Shown: positions 1-8,450 of the stretch, piece by piece | How the letters are laid out: the number at the start of each line of letters is the position of its first letter | Position numbering within the stretch: the first letter of the stretch is position 1 | Translations under genes and position numbers: made by a program | The notes under the pieces: generated by a model | Told to the model about the DNA's origin: nothing | Database searches by the model: none | Seen by the model: only the letters and a program-made list of their open reading frames with translations | Assembly: GCA_964365305.1 (NCBI GenBank) | Contig: CAYIPG010000003.1 | Coordinates: 1-49,903 of the forward strand | DNA from: an uncultured Candidatus Saccharibacteria bacterium | GTDB taxonomy: Bacteria; Patescibacteriota; Minisyncoccia; JACQLN01 | Length of the DNA: 49,903 bases | Reading direction: 5' to 3'

Positions 1-244
1 ACATGGCCCAAAAATCATCATGCTCGCCATCGGTTTTATCTAAAAATCGCGCGATAGGCAGTTGCACCAGCGACTTAACAATCCAAAAAAAGGCCACGCT
101 AAAACCCACCACCTTAGCCGAGCCGTTGCCGACGCCGCCCACAATAAAAATGGCGAAGACCGGCCCGAAAGAAGCAAAGGCGGAGTTATAAAAAAAATCG
201 GCGACTACCAGCGTGCGAACAACTTTGTTGATATTCTTGAACAT
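1..244 (-). CDS. MFS transporter, N-terminal part (runs off window edge)
   Basis: Manual minus-strand translation from ATG at 244: MFKNINKVVRTLVVADFFYNSAFASFGPVFAIFIVGG...LPIARFLDKTDGEHDDFWAM; hydrophobic helices and an MFS motif-A-like segment; missing from the ORF track because it is truncated. Confidence 0.75.
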   Translation of the reverse strand, partial: MFKNINKVVRTLVVADFFYNSAFASFGPVFAIFIVGGVGNGSAKVVGFSVAFFWIVKSLVQLPIARFLDKTDGEHDDFWAM

Positions 245-261
245 TACTAAGAATTATAACA

Positions 262-293
262 AAATCCCTCAACTGATGACAGATGAGGGATTT
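262..293. terminator. Hairpin downstream of the S8 peptidase gene
   Basis: AAATCCCTCA...TGAGGGATTT inverted repeat. Confidence 0.55.
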
Positions 294-322
294 AACTTTT
301 TATGATTTATAAATTATTCTGA

Positions 323-1642
323 TTACTTAATTTCTTTTTCTACAACCTGATCGCTCGCTGGCTGGAAAGAAACCGACTCTACACTCGCGGGCTCATTGGA
401 AATAACCCCTTGCGCTTGCGGCAAACCAAAACCCGTGGCCGTGTCATCACCCCATAAACCGACATCTTGGGCTGATCTTTGGAGTAAGGCGCGAGTGCTG
501 GTGGCCGAACCATTCCATAGTTTAGCCGATAAACCGGCCACATGCGCCGCCGCCGCGGAAGCGCCCGAAATAAATCTATAGCCGCCATCGCTCCAAGCGG
601 ATTCAATATTAACCCCCGGCGCGGCAAACTCAACCTCGCGGGCTTCAGCCGCATAGTCGCCATCATTAACACCTCGGCTAGACCAATCCGGAACTAAATC
701 CTCTTCGTCTAAAGCGCCCACAGCCACCACTTCGGCATACGCAGCCGGCCAATTAATTGAGCCCTTAAGCGGTCCGTTGTTGCCGGCTGATCCAACTACT
801 AAAACATTTTTTTTGACGGCCTCGCCCACGGCGTCTTTCATTAGAAAAATATCATCACCGCCGCCCAAACCCAAAGAAATAATATTGGCCTTGGCCTGGG
901 TGGCGTATATTAAACCAGCCGCCACATCGTCGGCCCAACAAGTGCCGTCGTTGCGGCAGACCTTGTATATTAAAAGATTGGCTTCGCTAGCCACACCCCA
1001 CACACCTTTGCCATCAAAGCCGCCATCGGCCGCGATTATTCCGGCCATATGCGTGCCATGGCCATTTTGATCCTGACAGGTGGAACGGGCTGTCGCGCCG
1101 CGAGTAAAGTCCTTGCAATCAGCCAGACGATTAACTAAATCAATATGTTCCGTATTTATACCGGTATCCAAAACAGCTACCCTTACATCTTTGCCTCCAG
1201 CGGTTGATTTTAATTTTTCATCGCCATAAATTTTCTTTAGGCCCCAAGGCGCGGTGGTCTTGGGAGTAAAGTTTCTGATTTTTTTGATAGTTTCTTTTTC
1301 TTGAATCAAACTAATCGCTTCCGCGACCGCATCGCTCACTACCGAGGCCGAGCCAACCGATGAAGCGGTGATTTTATACAAAGGTACCGGTATAACTTCG
1401 GCCTTAAAAATCTTGCCCAAAGTCCAAACCTCGCCACTGGTAAGATCCGCCGTAAAACCGCCCTTAAATTCGTGCTGAACGCCAAATAACGCTTTAACAA
1501 AAGCGTTCTGGGAAGCAATAAAATAACGGCCGCCACTGGTTGCCTTGGCTGCCTGCGCCGAAGCGCTAAAAGCCAAAGAAACAGCGACAAAAGCCGCTAA
1601 AACGAGAAAAAACCTTAATTGTGGTTTTCTATACATTATCAA
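323..1642 (-). CDS. Secreted S8 (subtilisin-like) serine peptidase
   Basis: Signal peptide; VAVLDTG (Asp), NGHGTHMAG (His), AGNNG (oxyanion Asn), SGASAAAAHVAG (Ser motif). Confidence 0.9.
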   Translation of the reverse strand: MIMYRKPQLRFFLVLAAFVAVSLAFSASAQAAKATSGGRYFIASQNAFVKALFGVQHEFKGGFTADLTSGEVWTLGKIFKAEVIPVPLYKITASSVGSASVVSDAVAEAISLIQEKETIKKIRNFTPKTTAPWGLKKIYGDEKLKSTAGGKDVRVAVLDTGINTEHIDLVNRLADCKDFTRGATARSTCQDQNGHGTHMAGIIAADGGFDGKGVWGVASEANLLIYKVCRNDGTCWADDVAAGLIYATQAKANIISLGLGGGDDIFLMKDAVGEAVKKNVLVVGSAGNNGPLKGSINWPAAYAEVVAVGALDEEDLVPDWSSRGVNDGDYAAEAREVEFAAPGVNIESAWSDGGYRFISGASAAAAHVAGLSAKLWNGSATSTRALLQRSAQDVGLWGDDTATGFGLPQAQGVISNEPASVESVSFQPASDQVVEKEIK

Positions 1643-1696
1643 TTAAATTGTCCCCCCAGTATACACCCTTTAAGGGGGTCAAGTCAACCGAGTGTG

Positions 1697-1832
1697 CCCA
1701 GTCAAGACAACTTTGATAGTTGCTTTGTTATCAAACTTTTATAACTCATTACTTCAAAGAAACACTCACTTTTTAGAAGCTTGGGCTACCAATAACGCAA
1801 CTGGTTTGATTAATCAAAGTTGTCTTACTGGG
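1697..1832. repeat. Long imperfect hairpin / MITE-like element or ncRNA
   Basis: CCCAGT(C)AAGACAACTTTGAT 1697-1717 pairs with ATCAAAGTTGTCTTACTGGG 1813-1832; inner AGTTGC/GCAACT and GTTAT/ATAAC also pair. Confidence 0.6.
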
Positions 1833-1841
1833 TGTGGATAA

Positions 1842-2507
1842 TTAAAAGAGTCGCTCTTGAGGAACCGCCTGGGGCAGATTTTGGCTTAGACCGGTGTTGT
1901 TTTCGACAATTTTGGGTTGATTCAAGGACTCCGCCTTAGCGATAATGGCTGGCAGTTTTTTAAAACTATCTTCTAGTTGATTTAAGACATTGGTAGCGCG
2001 CAAAGCCGCCGCCGGGTGAAAAAGCGGCACTATAAATCTGAAACCCCCTTCTCCCATTTTATCCCCTTTCTCCCATTTGAACACTTTGCCCTGGTCGCGG
2101 CTAATTTTGGCGGCGGGTAAAAAATAATTCATGGAAAACCGTCCCAATGTGGCTACAACCTTGGGACTGATGATTTCTAGTTGACGGGTTAAATAGGGCT
2201 TATAGGCCTCTATTTCTTCTGGCAAAGGATCGCGGTTTTCGGGCGGGCGGCGCTTAACGATGTTAGTGATATAAACATCCTCGCGCCGCCAGCCGATTTT
2301 TTTTATAAGTTTATCCAGCAACTGGCCGCTTCGGCCCACAAACGGCCGTTTTAGTTCGTCTTCCCGTTGGCCGGGCGCCTCACCAATAAAAACAATATCG
2401 GAGTTTATATTGCCCTCGCCAAAAACCAAATTGGCCTCACGAAGAGGTAAAGAAGTATCTTTTATAAGTTCTTCCTCAAGTTTTTTTAGTTGGCTAAGTT
2501 TATCCAT
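1842..2507 (-). CDS. Uracil-DNA glycosylase, family 4
   Basis: FIGEAPG, PFVGRSG, RPPENRDP and HPAA motifs. Confidence 0.92.
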   Translation of the reverse strand: MDKLSQLKKLEEELIKDTSLPLREANLVFGEGNINSDIVFIGEAPGQREDELKRPFVGRSGQLLDKLIKKIGWRREDVYITNIVKRRPPENRDPLPEEIEAYKPYLTRQLEIISPKVVATLGRFSMNYFLPAAKISRDQGKVFKWEKGDKMGEGGFRFIVPLFHPAAALRATNVLNQLEDSFKKLPAIIAKAESLNQPKIVENNTGLSQNLPQAVPQERLF

Positions 2508-2516
2508 GACAGAAAA

Positions 2517-3647
2517 TTAGAAATAATACATAACCTCATAAACAATACCTGCCAAAAATACTAGCGCCAAAGTTAGTTGGAGGCCGGTTCCTAGTTTAAG
2601 CGAATACTCTGGCGTTTGAGTGCTCCGTCGGCGCGCTTGGCGCCAAATCAAAATCAAGAGTATTCCTTCCAAGCCGCCCAAAATCGCCCCCGAAAAAGAA
2701 AGTATGTTTATAAAATTTTTAAACCCCGAAAAAAATAATATCAAAGGCGCTCCGGCCGTAAGCAAAAAACTTAAAGCCCGCGGGAACTTAAAATCAAAAA
2801 ATAAAGAATTTTTGATATTGAGTCCAACGGTAAAAAACGAAGTTATAACAGCCAAAAATCCTATCAAGGCGGCGTATTTAACGAGTATTGGGCCGAAATA
2901 AGGCAACAGCCCCTTAACGGCCTCGGTTGAAGTAGCCGGCCCGCTTACCCCTAAAACCACGCTTATGAAAATGGCATAAACCATCACGGGAATAAATGTT
3001 CCGATTATAATAGCCCATTTTAAGTAATTTTTTCGGCCAGTTCTAAAAAACCCCTTTATCTCGGGTATGGCTGATCCGCCGGCTAAAGCAAAAAGGATCA
3101 AGCCGTAGGGCAAAAAAATGTCGCTTGATTTTAAGTTCCAATTAGCCGGGTCAATTGATTTTAGGGAAAAAATTGAAAGCCCCACGATTAAAATTATCAG
3201 CGCTGAAGTCATAAAAAATTCAAAAGCGCCGGTTAGTTTTAAACCCTTAAAAACAACCCCGAAGCCGAGGCCGGCCAAAATTAAAGCTCCTGTGGTCGCC
3301 GAAAAATTAAACCAGCCCGAGAAGATAATGCTCAAAAATTCTCCGCCGATCAAAAGATAAGCCAAAAGAGCCAAATATAAAGTCGTAAAAAATATAAAAG
3401 TGGCCAGGGTTTTACCCAACGATCCGAGATAAATTTGAGCGTAGCCGGGCAAGCGATGTTTTTCTTTGGTTCTTAAAACAATTTCGCCATAAATTAAATG
3501 GACCACAGTGACAATGATACCCAAAAGAAAAAGATAAATTAAAGTTAATTTGAATCCGGCTTGAGAGGCGGCGTAAGGCAAGCCAAACATGCCCACGCCG
3601 ATTATTGTGCCGATTAAAGTGGCCGCGGCCAAAATAAAATTGATCAT
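2517..3647 (-). CDS. Aromatic amino acid (Trp/Tyr) permease family transporter
   Basis: GTIIGVGMFGLPY N-terminal motif; about 11 TM helices. Confidence 0.8.
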   Translation of the reverse strand: MINFILAAATLIGTIIGVGMFGLPYAASQAGFKLTLIYLFLLGIIVTVVHLIYGEIVLRTKEKHRLPGYAQIYLGSLGKTLATFIFFTTLYLALLAYLLIGGEFLSIIFSGWFNFSATTGALILAGLGFGVVFKGLKLTGAFEFFMTSALIILIVGLSIFSLKSIDPANWNLKSSDIFLPYGLILFALAGGSAIPEIKGFFRTGRKNYLKWAIIIGTFIPVMVYAIFISVVLGVSGPATSTEAVKGLLPYFGPILVKYAALIGFLAVITSFFTVGLNIKNSLFFDFKFPRALSFLLTAGAPLILFFSGFKNFINILSFSGAILGGLEGILLILIWRQARRRSTQTPEYSLKLGTGLQLTLALVFLAGIVYEVMYYF

Positions 3648-3733
3648 TACTTAGAGACTCGGTCTCTAAACAGAGACCGAGTCTCGATATTGATAAAATC
3701 GTCTTCCGCTAACACTATTTTTTGTGCATTCAT
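3647..3733 (-). pseudogene. Truncated response-regulator receiver N-terminus (28 aa), ending in a palindromic repeat
   Basis: MNAQKIVLAEDDFINIETRSLFRDRVSK*; KIVLAEDD matches receiver beta1 plus the acidic pair; TATAAT 6 nt before the ATG. Confidence 0.5.
3654..3685. repeat. REP-like palindrome doublet
   Basis: GAGACTCGGTCTCT-AAAC-AGAGACCGAGTCTC: perfect 14-bp inverted repeat whose arms are themselves GAGAC-n3-GTCTC hairpins. Confidence 0.7.
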
Positions 3734-3865
3734 AAGTTAATTATACCCTACTTAGATTGAAGCTAGAATTTTTTTGATCTTTACTTCTTTCATAATGATA
3801 GATTGCCGCAATAGTGGGGGATGTTGAGTTAACCATATAGAGTGACGAAGGTTAACTAAACAATT

Positions 3866-4081
3866 TTATACGGGCATCCCGATAGGAATCTGAAAATTCA
3901 AGTAATTCATATTTTGGGGTTTTATTCTCTTGCTCGCGTCCAGTATTTCAATCCCAAGAATTTTATTTCCTTTTCCAATATCTAAAATTATGCCTTCTTC
4001 AACTTCTTTATTGCGCACGAAAACTCCTTCTTGAAAATGAAGGTATAACGCATCTACTGTATTATCATAAGTAATTTTCAT
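3866..4081 (-). CDS. DUF2283-family putative antitoxin
   Basis: MKITYD..VDALYL...GIILD....ILGIEILDAS signature; follows the DUF4258 gene. Confidence 0.85.
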   Translation of the reverse strand: MKITYDNTVDALYLHFQEGVFVRNKEVEEGIILDIGKGNKILGIEILDASKRIKPQNMNYLNFQIPIGMPV

Positions 4082-4085
4082 ATTT

Positions 4086-4313
4086 TTAATTCTTATTTAT
4101 TATCTCCCAAATCACAGAAACAATCACTTCAGAACTTTTTTTCTTTATAAAAACAATCTTTATTGTTCCTTTCCCAAACTTTTTAAATACCAAATTTCGA
4201 CCCTGATAACCAATATCAATCCTATCGGGCTTTAGTAAGGCATTTTTTACCATTTCTTCTGTAATACCTCTCAAAATCATCCTTTCTTTCGCATGCCCCG
4301 TATAATAAATCAT
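4086..4313 (-). CDS. DUF4258-family putative toxin (RelE/BrnT-like)
   Basis: YTGHAKERMILRGIT motif; 75 aa; paired with DUF2283. Confidence 0.8.
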   Translation of the reverse strand: MIYYTGHAKERMILRGITEEMVKNALLKPDRIDIGYQGRNLVFKKFGKGTIKIVFIKKKSSEVIVSVIWEIINKN

Positions 4314-4407
4314 CTTATAAAGTTACTATAGCAATACTGCTAAAAATATCTGTATCGTGTATTGATAATAACACACTCTGTTTTATTAAGAAAGTGGCTG
4401 ATGATCC

Positions 4408-4478
4408 ACCCCGTTAGAAATCCGCCCTGCCGAAGGCACGGCGTCAGCCGTTTTGGGGCGGCTTATTTCTAACGGGGT
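4408..4478. repeat. Palindromic insertion in the 3' end of the kinase gene
   Basis: ACCCCGTTAGAAAT 4408-4421 / ATTTCTAACGGGGT 4465-4478, perfect 14-bp IR; GGTGGA repeated at both junctions on the minus strand. Confidence 0.8.
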
Positions 4479-6777
4479 CCACCAACCCCTTTTCTCCCAC
4501 GCGAACTTGCGACACGAGAGGAAGTTCAACATAAAAAGTAGAACCCTTGCCTTCTTCGGACTCAAACCATATCTTACCACCCAAAAGTTTAGCTGATTCG
4601 GCCACGATATAAAGCCCCAGGCCGGAGCCGTCGGGTTTCGCCGCCACAGCATTGGGCGCTCTAAAAAACTTTTCAAAAATTCGTTTGTCCAGTTCTTTGG
4701 GTATGCCAATGCCGGTATCCCGAACCGCAAAAATTGCGGAGTTTTCCTTTGCCTCTAAACTAACTTCAATTTTTCCCCCGATCGGGGTGTACTCTATCGC
4801 ATTTCCCAAAAGATTTTGAACTATATAACCCAAGAGGTCTTTATCGCTGGTTGCCGCAAGTTTTTTAGGGTGTTTCTCAAAGACAAGAACCAACTGTTTC
4901 TTGTCACATAGCATCTGGTATTCGCGCGCGTAACCGTTTATCAATTCCACCAGATCCAGGAGTTTGGGCGTAACTCCGACACGCCCTGATTCAATCCGCG
5001 AAACATTGAGCAAAAGTTTTACCAAATTACTCAACCGTTTGGCCGAAAAATGAATATCGTCTAAATACTTTTTTCCATCTTCGGTAAGTTTTTCTTTTTT
5101 GGAAAAAAGTTCAATCGTCCACTCTATGCCCGTCAGCGGCGTGCGAAGTTGATGCGAAGCCAGCGACACAAATTCCGTTTTAGCCCGATCAATCTCCCGC
5201 TCATGGGTAACATCCCGGAACACGACCACACAGCCAATAATCTCGCCTTTGCCGTCTTTGACCGGGGCGGCGGAGTCGGCTACCGGAATTTTTTGGCCGT
5301 CTTTGGTAATCAGTAACGTATGATTGGCCATTTTGGTTTGCTGGCCAATTTTGATGGCGTCACTGATAAAATCATTGCCCGGTTTTCCGTCGCTCTCTTT
5401 AATAAATTTAAGGAACCGGTCGTAATGTTGCCCGATGACCTCTTGGATAGAAAAACCGGTCAGGGCGCAAGCCACGCCGTTAAACAGCATTACCCGTCCG
5501 TCTTTATCGCAGGCCATCACCGCGTCGCCGATGGAAGATAAAATCGCTTCGTCTTTGGCTTTGGCCTGTTCAAGCTGGTTTTTGGCAAGATCCAAATCTC
5601 CGAGGATATTGGACATTGCCAACCAACTCATTTCTTCTTCTTTGACTTTCTGCTGTAAGCCGACGCTGGACTTTTGGATGCTTTCTGCCATCTGGTTAAA
5701 GATCCCGCTTAATTGGCCGAATTCATCGCGCGTTATCAATTTGGCCCGGGCTGTAAAATCACCCTTGCCGATTTTTTGAGCGGCTTGGGATAATTCCTGA
5801 AGCGGAGAAGTAATGCCAAGGATAAACAGATACATGACAAAAAGAATCAGCAAAAAGATGGCGCCGGCGGAAAGCAGGTTTTGCTGTAGATAATCATCTA
5901 ACGCCCCCAGCACTTCGGCCTCATCAATCTCGGCCAGCAATGTCCAGCCATTTCCAAAACACATGGAGGCGCCAAAGACGGGAATGCCCCGATAATCAGG
6001 ATACTTTCCGGACATCTCCTCGTAGTGTTTGCACAAGTGAACAGGGACGGTGTCCGCCTTCTGTTTCAGGGGCGCGTTGACGATAAATTTTGATTCGGTG
6101 ATCATGAGGCCGTCCCCGTTGACCAGATACATTTCCAGGGTTTTTTTCCTGGTCCAGGTGGAAAGAGCGCCGGATGCTGTTTGGGCTTTACCGGTCAAGA
6201 TATCATTTAAGCCCTGGGTTTTAAAAAACAGCATAATGACCCCCAAATTCTCACTCCTTTCCTGATCGCCCGCGCTCTCAAACCGGTCATGATCAATAAT
6301 AGGCGCGGTGGCAAGTATGGCAATATTTTCCTCTCCGAAATGAACAGCTTCGGCAATGTCAGACAGGTAGGCGGTGGCGGCGCGGGAACCCCTGGCTTGA
6401 AGAAAAACTTCATCCATGGCCATATCTTCCCCGCCCACCTCGCTCCCGCGACTGGAAGCCACGACTTTGCCGTTTAGGTCCATAACATGGATGCCGAAAA
6501 TCATCGGATCAACTGGCAGTTTATTTTCTAAAAGATGGCGGTTAAGGTCATTGACTGCCTGCTTGTCGCCGGAGAGAATCATTTTCAAACTGTTATTAAT
6601 TAAACCATCCGAGGCAAAATTAACGGTTCTGCCTTTGATATCCTCCATCCAACCCAAAACCTGGCCTTCCTGCATATCAGCCATGAGAACTAGATTTTCC
6701 AATGTTTGGGCTTTGAGGTGGTTTTGCGACAGGCGAAAATCAATCAGGCCGTTGACGACAATCGCGACGAGTGTCAA
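4444..6777 (-). CDS. Membrane sensor histidine kinase (Cache-like periplasmic, HAMP, PAS, HisKA, HATPase); 5' end may be frameshifted
   Basis: FVSLASHQLRTPLT H-box, NLLGNAIEY N-box, DTGIGIP and GSGLGLYI G-boxes; HAMP DEFGQLSGIFNQM. Confidence 0.92.
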   Translation of the reverse strand: MTLVAIVVNGLIDFRLSQNHLKAQTLENLVLMADMQEGQVLGWMEDIKGRTVNFASDGLINNSLKMILSGDKQAVNDLNRHLLENKLPVDPMIFGIHVMDLNGKVVASSRGSEVGGEDMAMDEVFLQARGSRAATAYLSDIAEAVHFGEENIAILATAPIIDHDRFESAGDQERSENLGVIMLFFKTQGLNDILTGKAQTASGALSTWTRKKTLEMYLVNGDGLMITESKFIVNAPLKQKADTVPVHLCKHYEEMSGKYPDYRGIPVFGASMCFGNGWTLLAEIDEAEVLGALDDYLQQNLLSAGAIFLLILFVMYLFILGITSPLQELSQAAQKIGKGDFTARAKLITRDEFGQLSGIFNQMAESIQKSSVGLQQKVKEEEMSWLAMSNILGDLDLAKNQLEQAKAKDEAILSSIGDAVMACDKDGRVMLFNGVACALTGFSIQEVIGQHYDRFLKFIKESDGKPGNDFISDAIKIGQQTKMANHTLLITKDGQKIPVADSAAPVKDGKGEIIGCVVVFRDVTHEREIDRAKTEFVSLASHQLRTPLTGIEWTIELFSKKEKLTEDGKKYLDDIHFSAKRLSNLVKLLLNVSRIESGRVGVTPKLLDLVELINGYAREYQMLCDKKQLVLVFEKHPKKLAATSDKDLLGYIVQNLLGNAIEYTPIGGKIEVSLEAKENSAIFAVRDTGIGIPKELDKRIFEKFFRAPNAVAAKPDGSGLGLYIVAESAKLLGGKIWFESEEGKGSTFYVELPLVSQVRVGEKGLVDPVRNKPPQNG

Positions 6778-7167
6778 CCCGACGATAAAGAAAAGCCGGG
6801 CGCGGATGGAAAAAGAAGAAAAAAGAATTTCGGTAATGTCTTTTCGAAGCCATATGCATTAACCGACCCTACAGCCCGTAGGAACCCCTGTACTGAAAGC
6901 TACATATAATGTTCGGAGTAGTGTGTGGCTGGGGGAATAAAAAAGAAACAAAGGAAGCAATAACACGCCTCCTTTGTTGTTTCTTGACAACAGATTTTTA
7001 ACTTTGCCACTTTTGAAAATCTTTTTTCGCCTTCATACTAAAAAATATTGTAAAGAGAACACCATCTGGAGGTCATTCTTTTGGATAGATTTATACTTTT
7101 CTTCGGACAAATAAAAACATTCTACATATGTGTTTAGGCAGTAGTAGCATATATCTTAAGTATAAAG

Positions 7168-7211
7168 TATAAAAAAGAAAGCCGCCAAATGGCAATATAT
7201 AAATGCGTGAG
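7168..7211 (+). repeat. Direct repeat copy 1, downstream of hicBA pair 1
   Basis: TATAAAAAAGAAAGCCGCCAAATGGCAATATATAAATGCGTGAG, similar to 7831-7874. Confidence 0.6.
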
Positions 7212-7256
7212 AAATGCTACCTCTCCATTATAGAAAGATCTAGGTAGAACCCGTCT

Positions 7257-7487
7257 TCAGAGTTTTGAAATAATATTCAAAAATTCTTCCCTGGAAATAC
7301 CGAGAATCCGCAAATTATTATGAATAACAAAAGCCGGTAGTCTCGGGTCGCGAGGTATAACTACCGGCCGTTTTAATCCCTGTTTCCAGTAAATTCTATG
7401 GTCTCCTTTCTCTCGTTTAAATTCACATCCGACTTTCAAAAGAAACTTCTCAAACTTTTTCCAATGAATTGAGTCAACTTTACCCAT
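7257..7487 (-). CDS. hicA: HicA-family mRNA interferase toxin
   Basis: REKGDHRIY..GLKRPVVIP motif; 76 aa. Confidence 0.85.
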   Translation of the reverse strand: MGKVDSIHWKKFEKFLLKVGCEFKREKGDHRIYWKQGLKRPVVIPRDPRLPAFVIHNNLRILGISREEFLNIISKL

Positions 7488-7493
7488 ATCATT

Positions 7494-7781
7494 TTAAGCC
7501 GCGACTGGCATCCGCACACCCACTGCTTCTTGAGAAATTATCTTCGGCGGCGACCATCGCTTTTGGGCCTGTCTCCAGCCCAATTCCCGCAAAACATCAT
7601 GAAGCGTTCCCGCTTTGTCCAATTCCTCAATCAGCAAAAGCGATGCTTCTTCAAAACGCTTTTTGGCCTCTTTTCCCGTCCGGCCCGAAGTAGATAAATC
7701 TAGCGCGGGAGAATACACAATATAACGACTATCCTGCTTTAAGATACTGACTGTTAATTTAATTTGAGCAAACTTTTTCAT
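7494..7781 (-). CDS. hicB: HicB-like antitoxin
   Basis: YIVYSPALDLSTSGRTGKEAKKRFEEA HicB fold; upstream of hicA. Confidence 0.75.
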   Translation of the reverse strand: MKKFAQIKLTVSILKQDSRYIVYSPALDLSTSGRTGKEAKKRFEEASLLLIEELDKAGTLHDVLRELGWRQAQKRWSPPKIISQEAVGVRMPVAA

Positions 7782-7830
7782 GTGATTTTATTATATCCTA
7801 TTGTAGCGAATTTTACAAATTTATATAATA

Positions 7831-7874
7831 TATAAAAAGAAAACCGCCAAATGATAATGTCTAAAATATGTGAG
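7831..7874 (+). repeat. Direct repeat copy 2, downstream of hicBA pair 2
   Basis: TATAAAAAGAAAACCGCCAAATGATAATGTCTAAAATATGTGAG. Confidence 0.6.
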
Positions 7875-7880
7875 GTGTTT

Positions 7881-8108
7881 TTATAACCACTTTAAGAATT
7901 CGCCCACCGTCATCCCGGATTGAGCAATAATGGATTTCAAGGTCTTGGGTGTCATATTTCTCCGGTGAAAAGGGACGGTAACTCGTAACCCCGTCTTATA
8001 GGGATGACGAAGTTGAATATGACTACCCGATTGATGAAATTCATAAAAATGAGCTCGTTTAAGAGCTCGAATCACAAGAGACGAAGGTATGCGCGGAAGT
8101 TTCGGCAT
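7881..8108 (-). CDS. hicA: HicA-family toxin
   Basis: MPKLP...HQSGSHIQL...RVTVPFH...TLKSIIAQ. Confidence 0.9.
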   Translation of the reverse strand: MPKLPRIPSSLVIRALKRAHFYEFHQSGSHIQLRHPYKTGLRVTVPFHRRNMTPKTLKSIIAQSGMTVGEFLKWL

Positions 8109-8113
8109 AAAAT

Positions 8114-8353
8114 TTACACCGATACCTTAAGCCGTTCTTTGTGGATACCGGATTTAGAAAAAGACAACGCCTTTTCTTTAAGAAGCGCTCCCAGGTAGCA
8201 CCGAATAGCGTCTTTTGCCATTTCTCGAGCTTCTTTTAAGTTATCTCCTTCAGTAACTAAACCAGGAAGATTTGGGACAATAACAGTGTAACCAGCTCCA
8301 TTGGGATCAAAAACTGCTTCATATTGATAGATGGTTTCTTTATGTTTTTTCAT
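8114..8353 (-). CDS. hicB: HicB-family antitoxin
   Basis: GYTVIVPNLPGLVTEGDNLKEAREMAKDAI. Confidence 0.9.
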   Translation of the reverse strand: MKKHKETIYQYEAVFDPNGAGYTVIVPNLPGLVTEGDNLKEAREMAKDAIRCYLGALLKEKALSFSKSGIHKERLKVSV

Positions 8354-8450
8354 ATTTCTATTTTAACTCCCAAGATATCCTCCGTCAATTCTTTACTATA
8401 TTCTTTAACGACCAAAAAAATCTTTGAGCATACCCTTTATCTGATCAGAT

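Noticed and set aside
3-250. Plus-strand ORFs 3-191 and 62-250
   Set aside because: Shadows of the minus-strand MFS gene.
3752-3793. Second regulator-like stub MKEVKIKKILASI
   Set aside because: Only 13 aa; similarity too weak to support.
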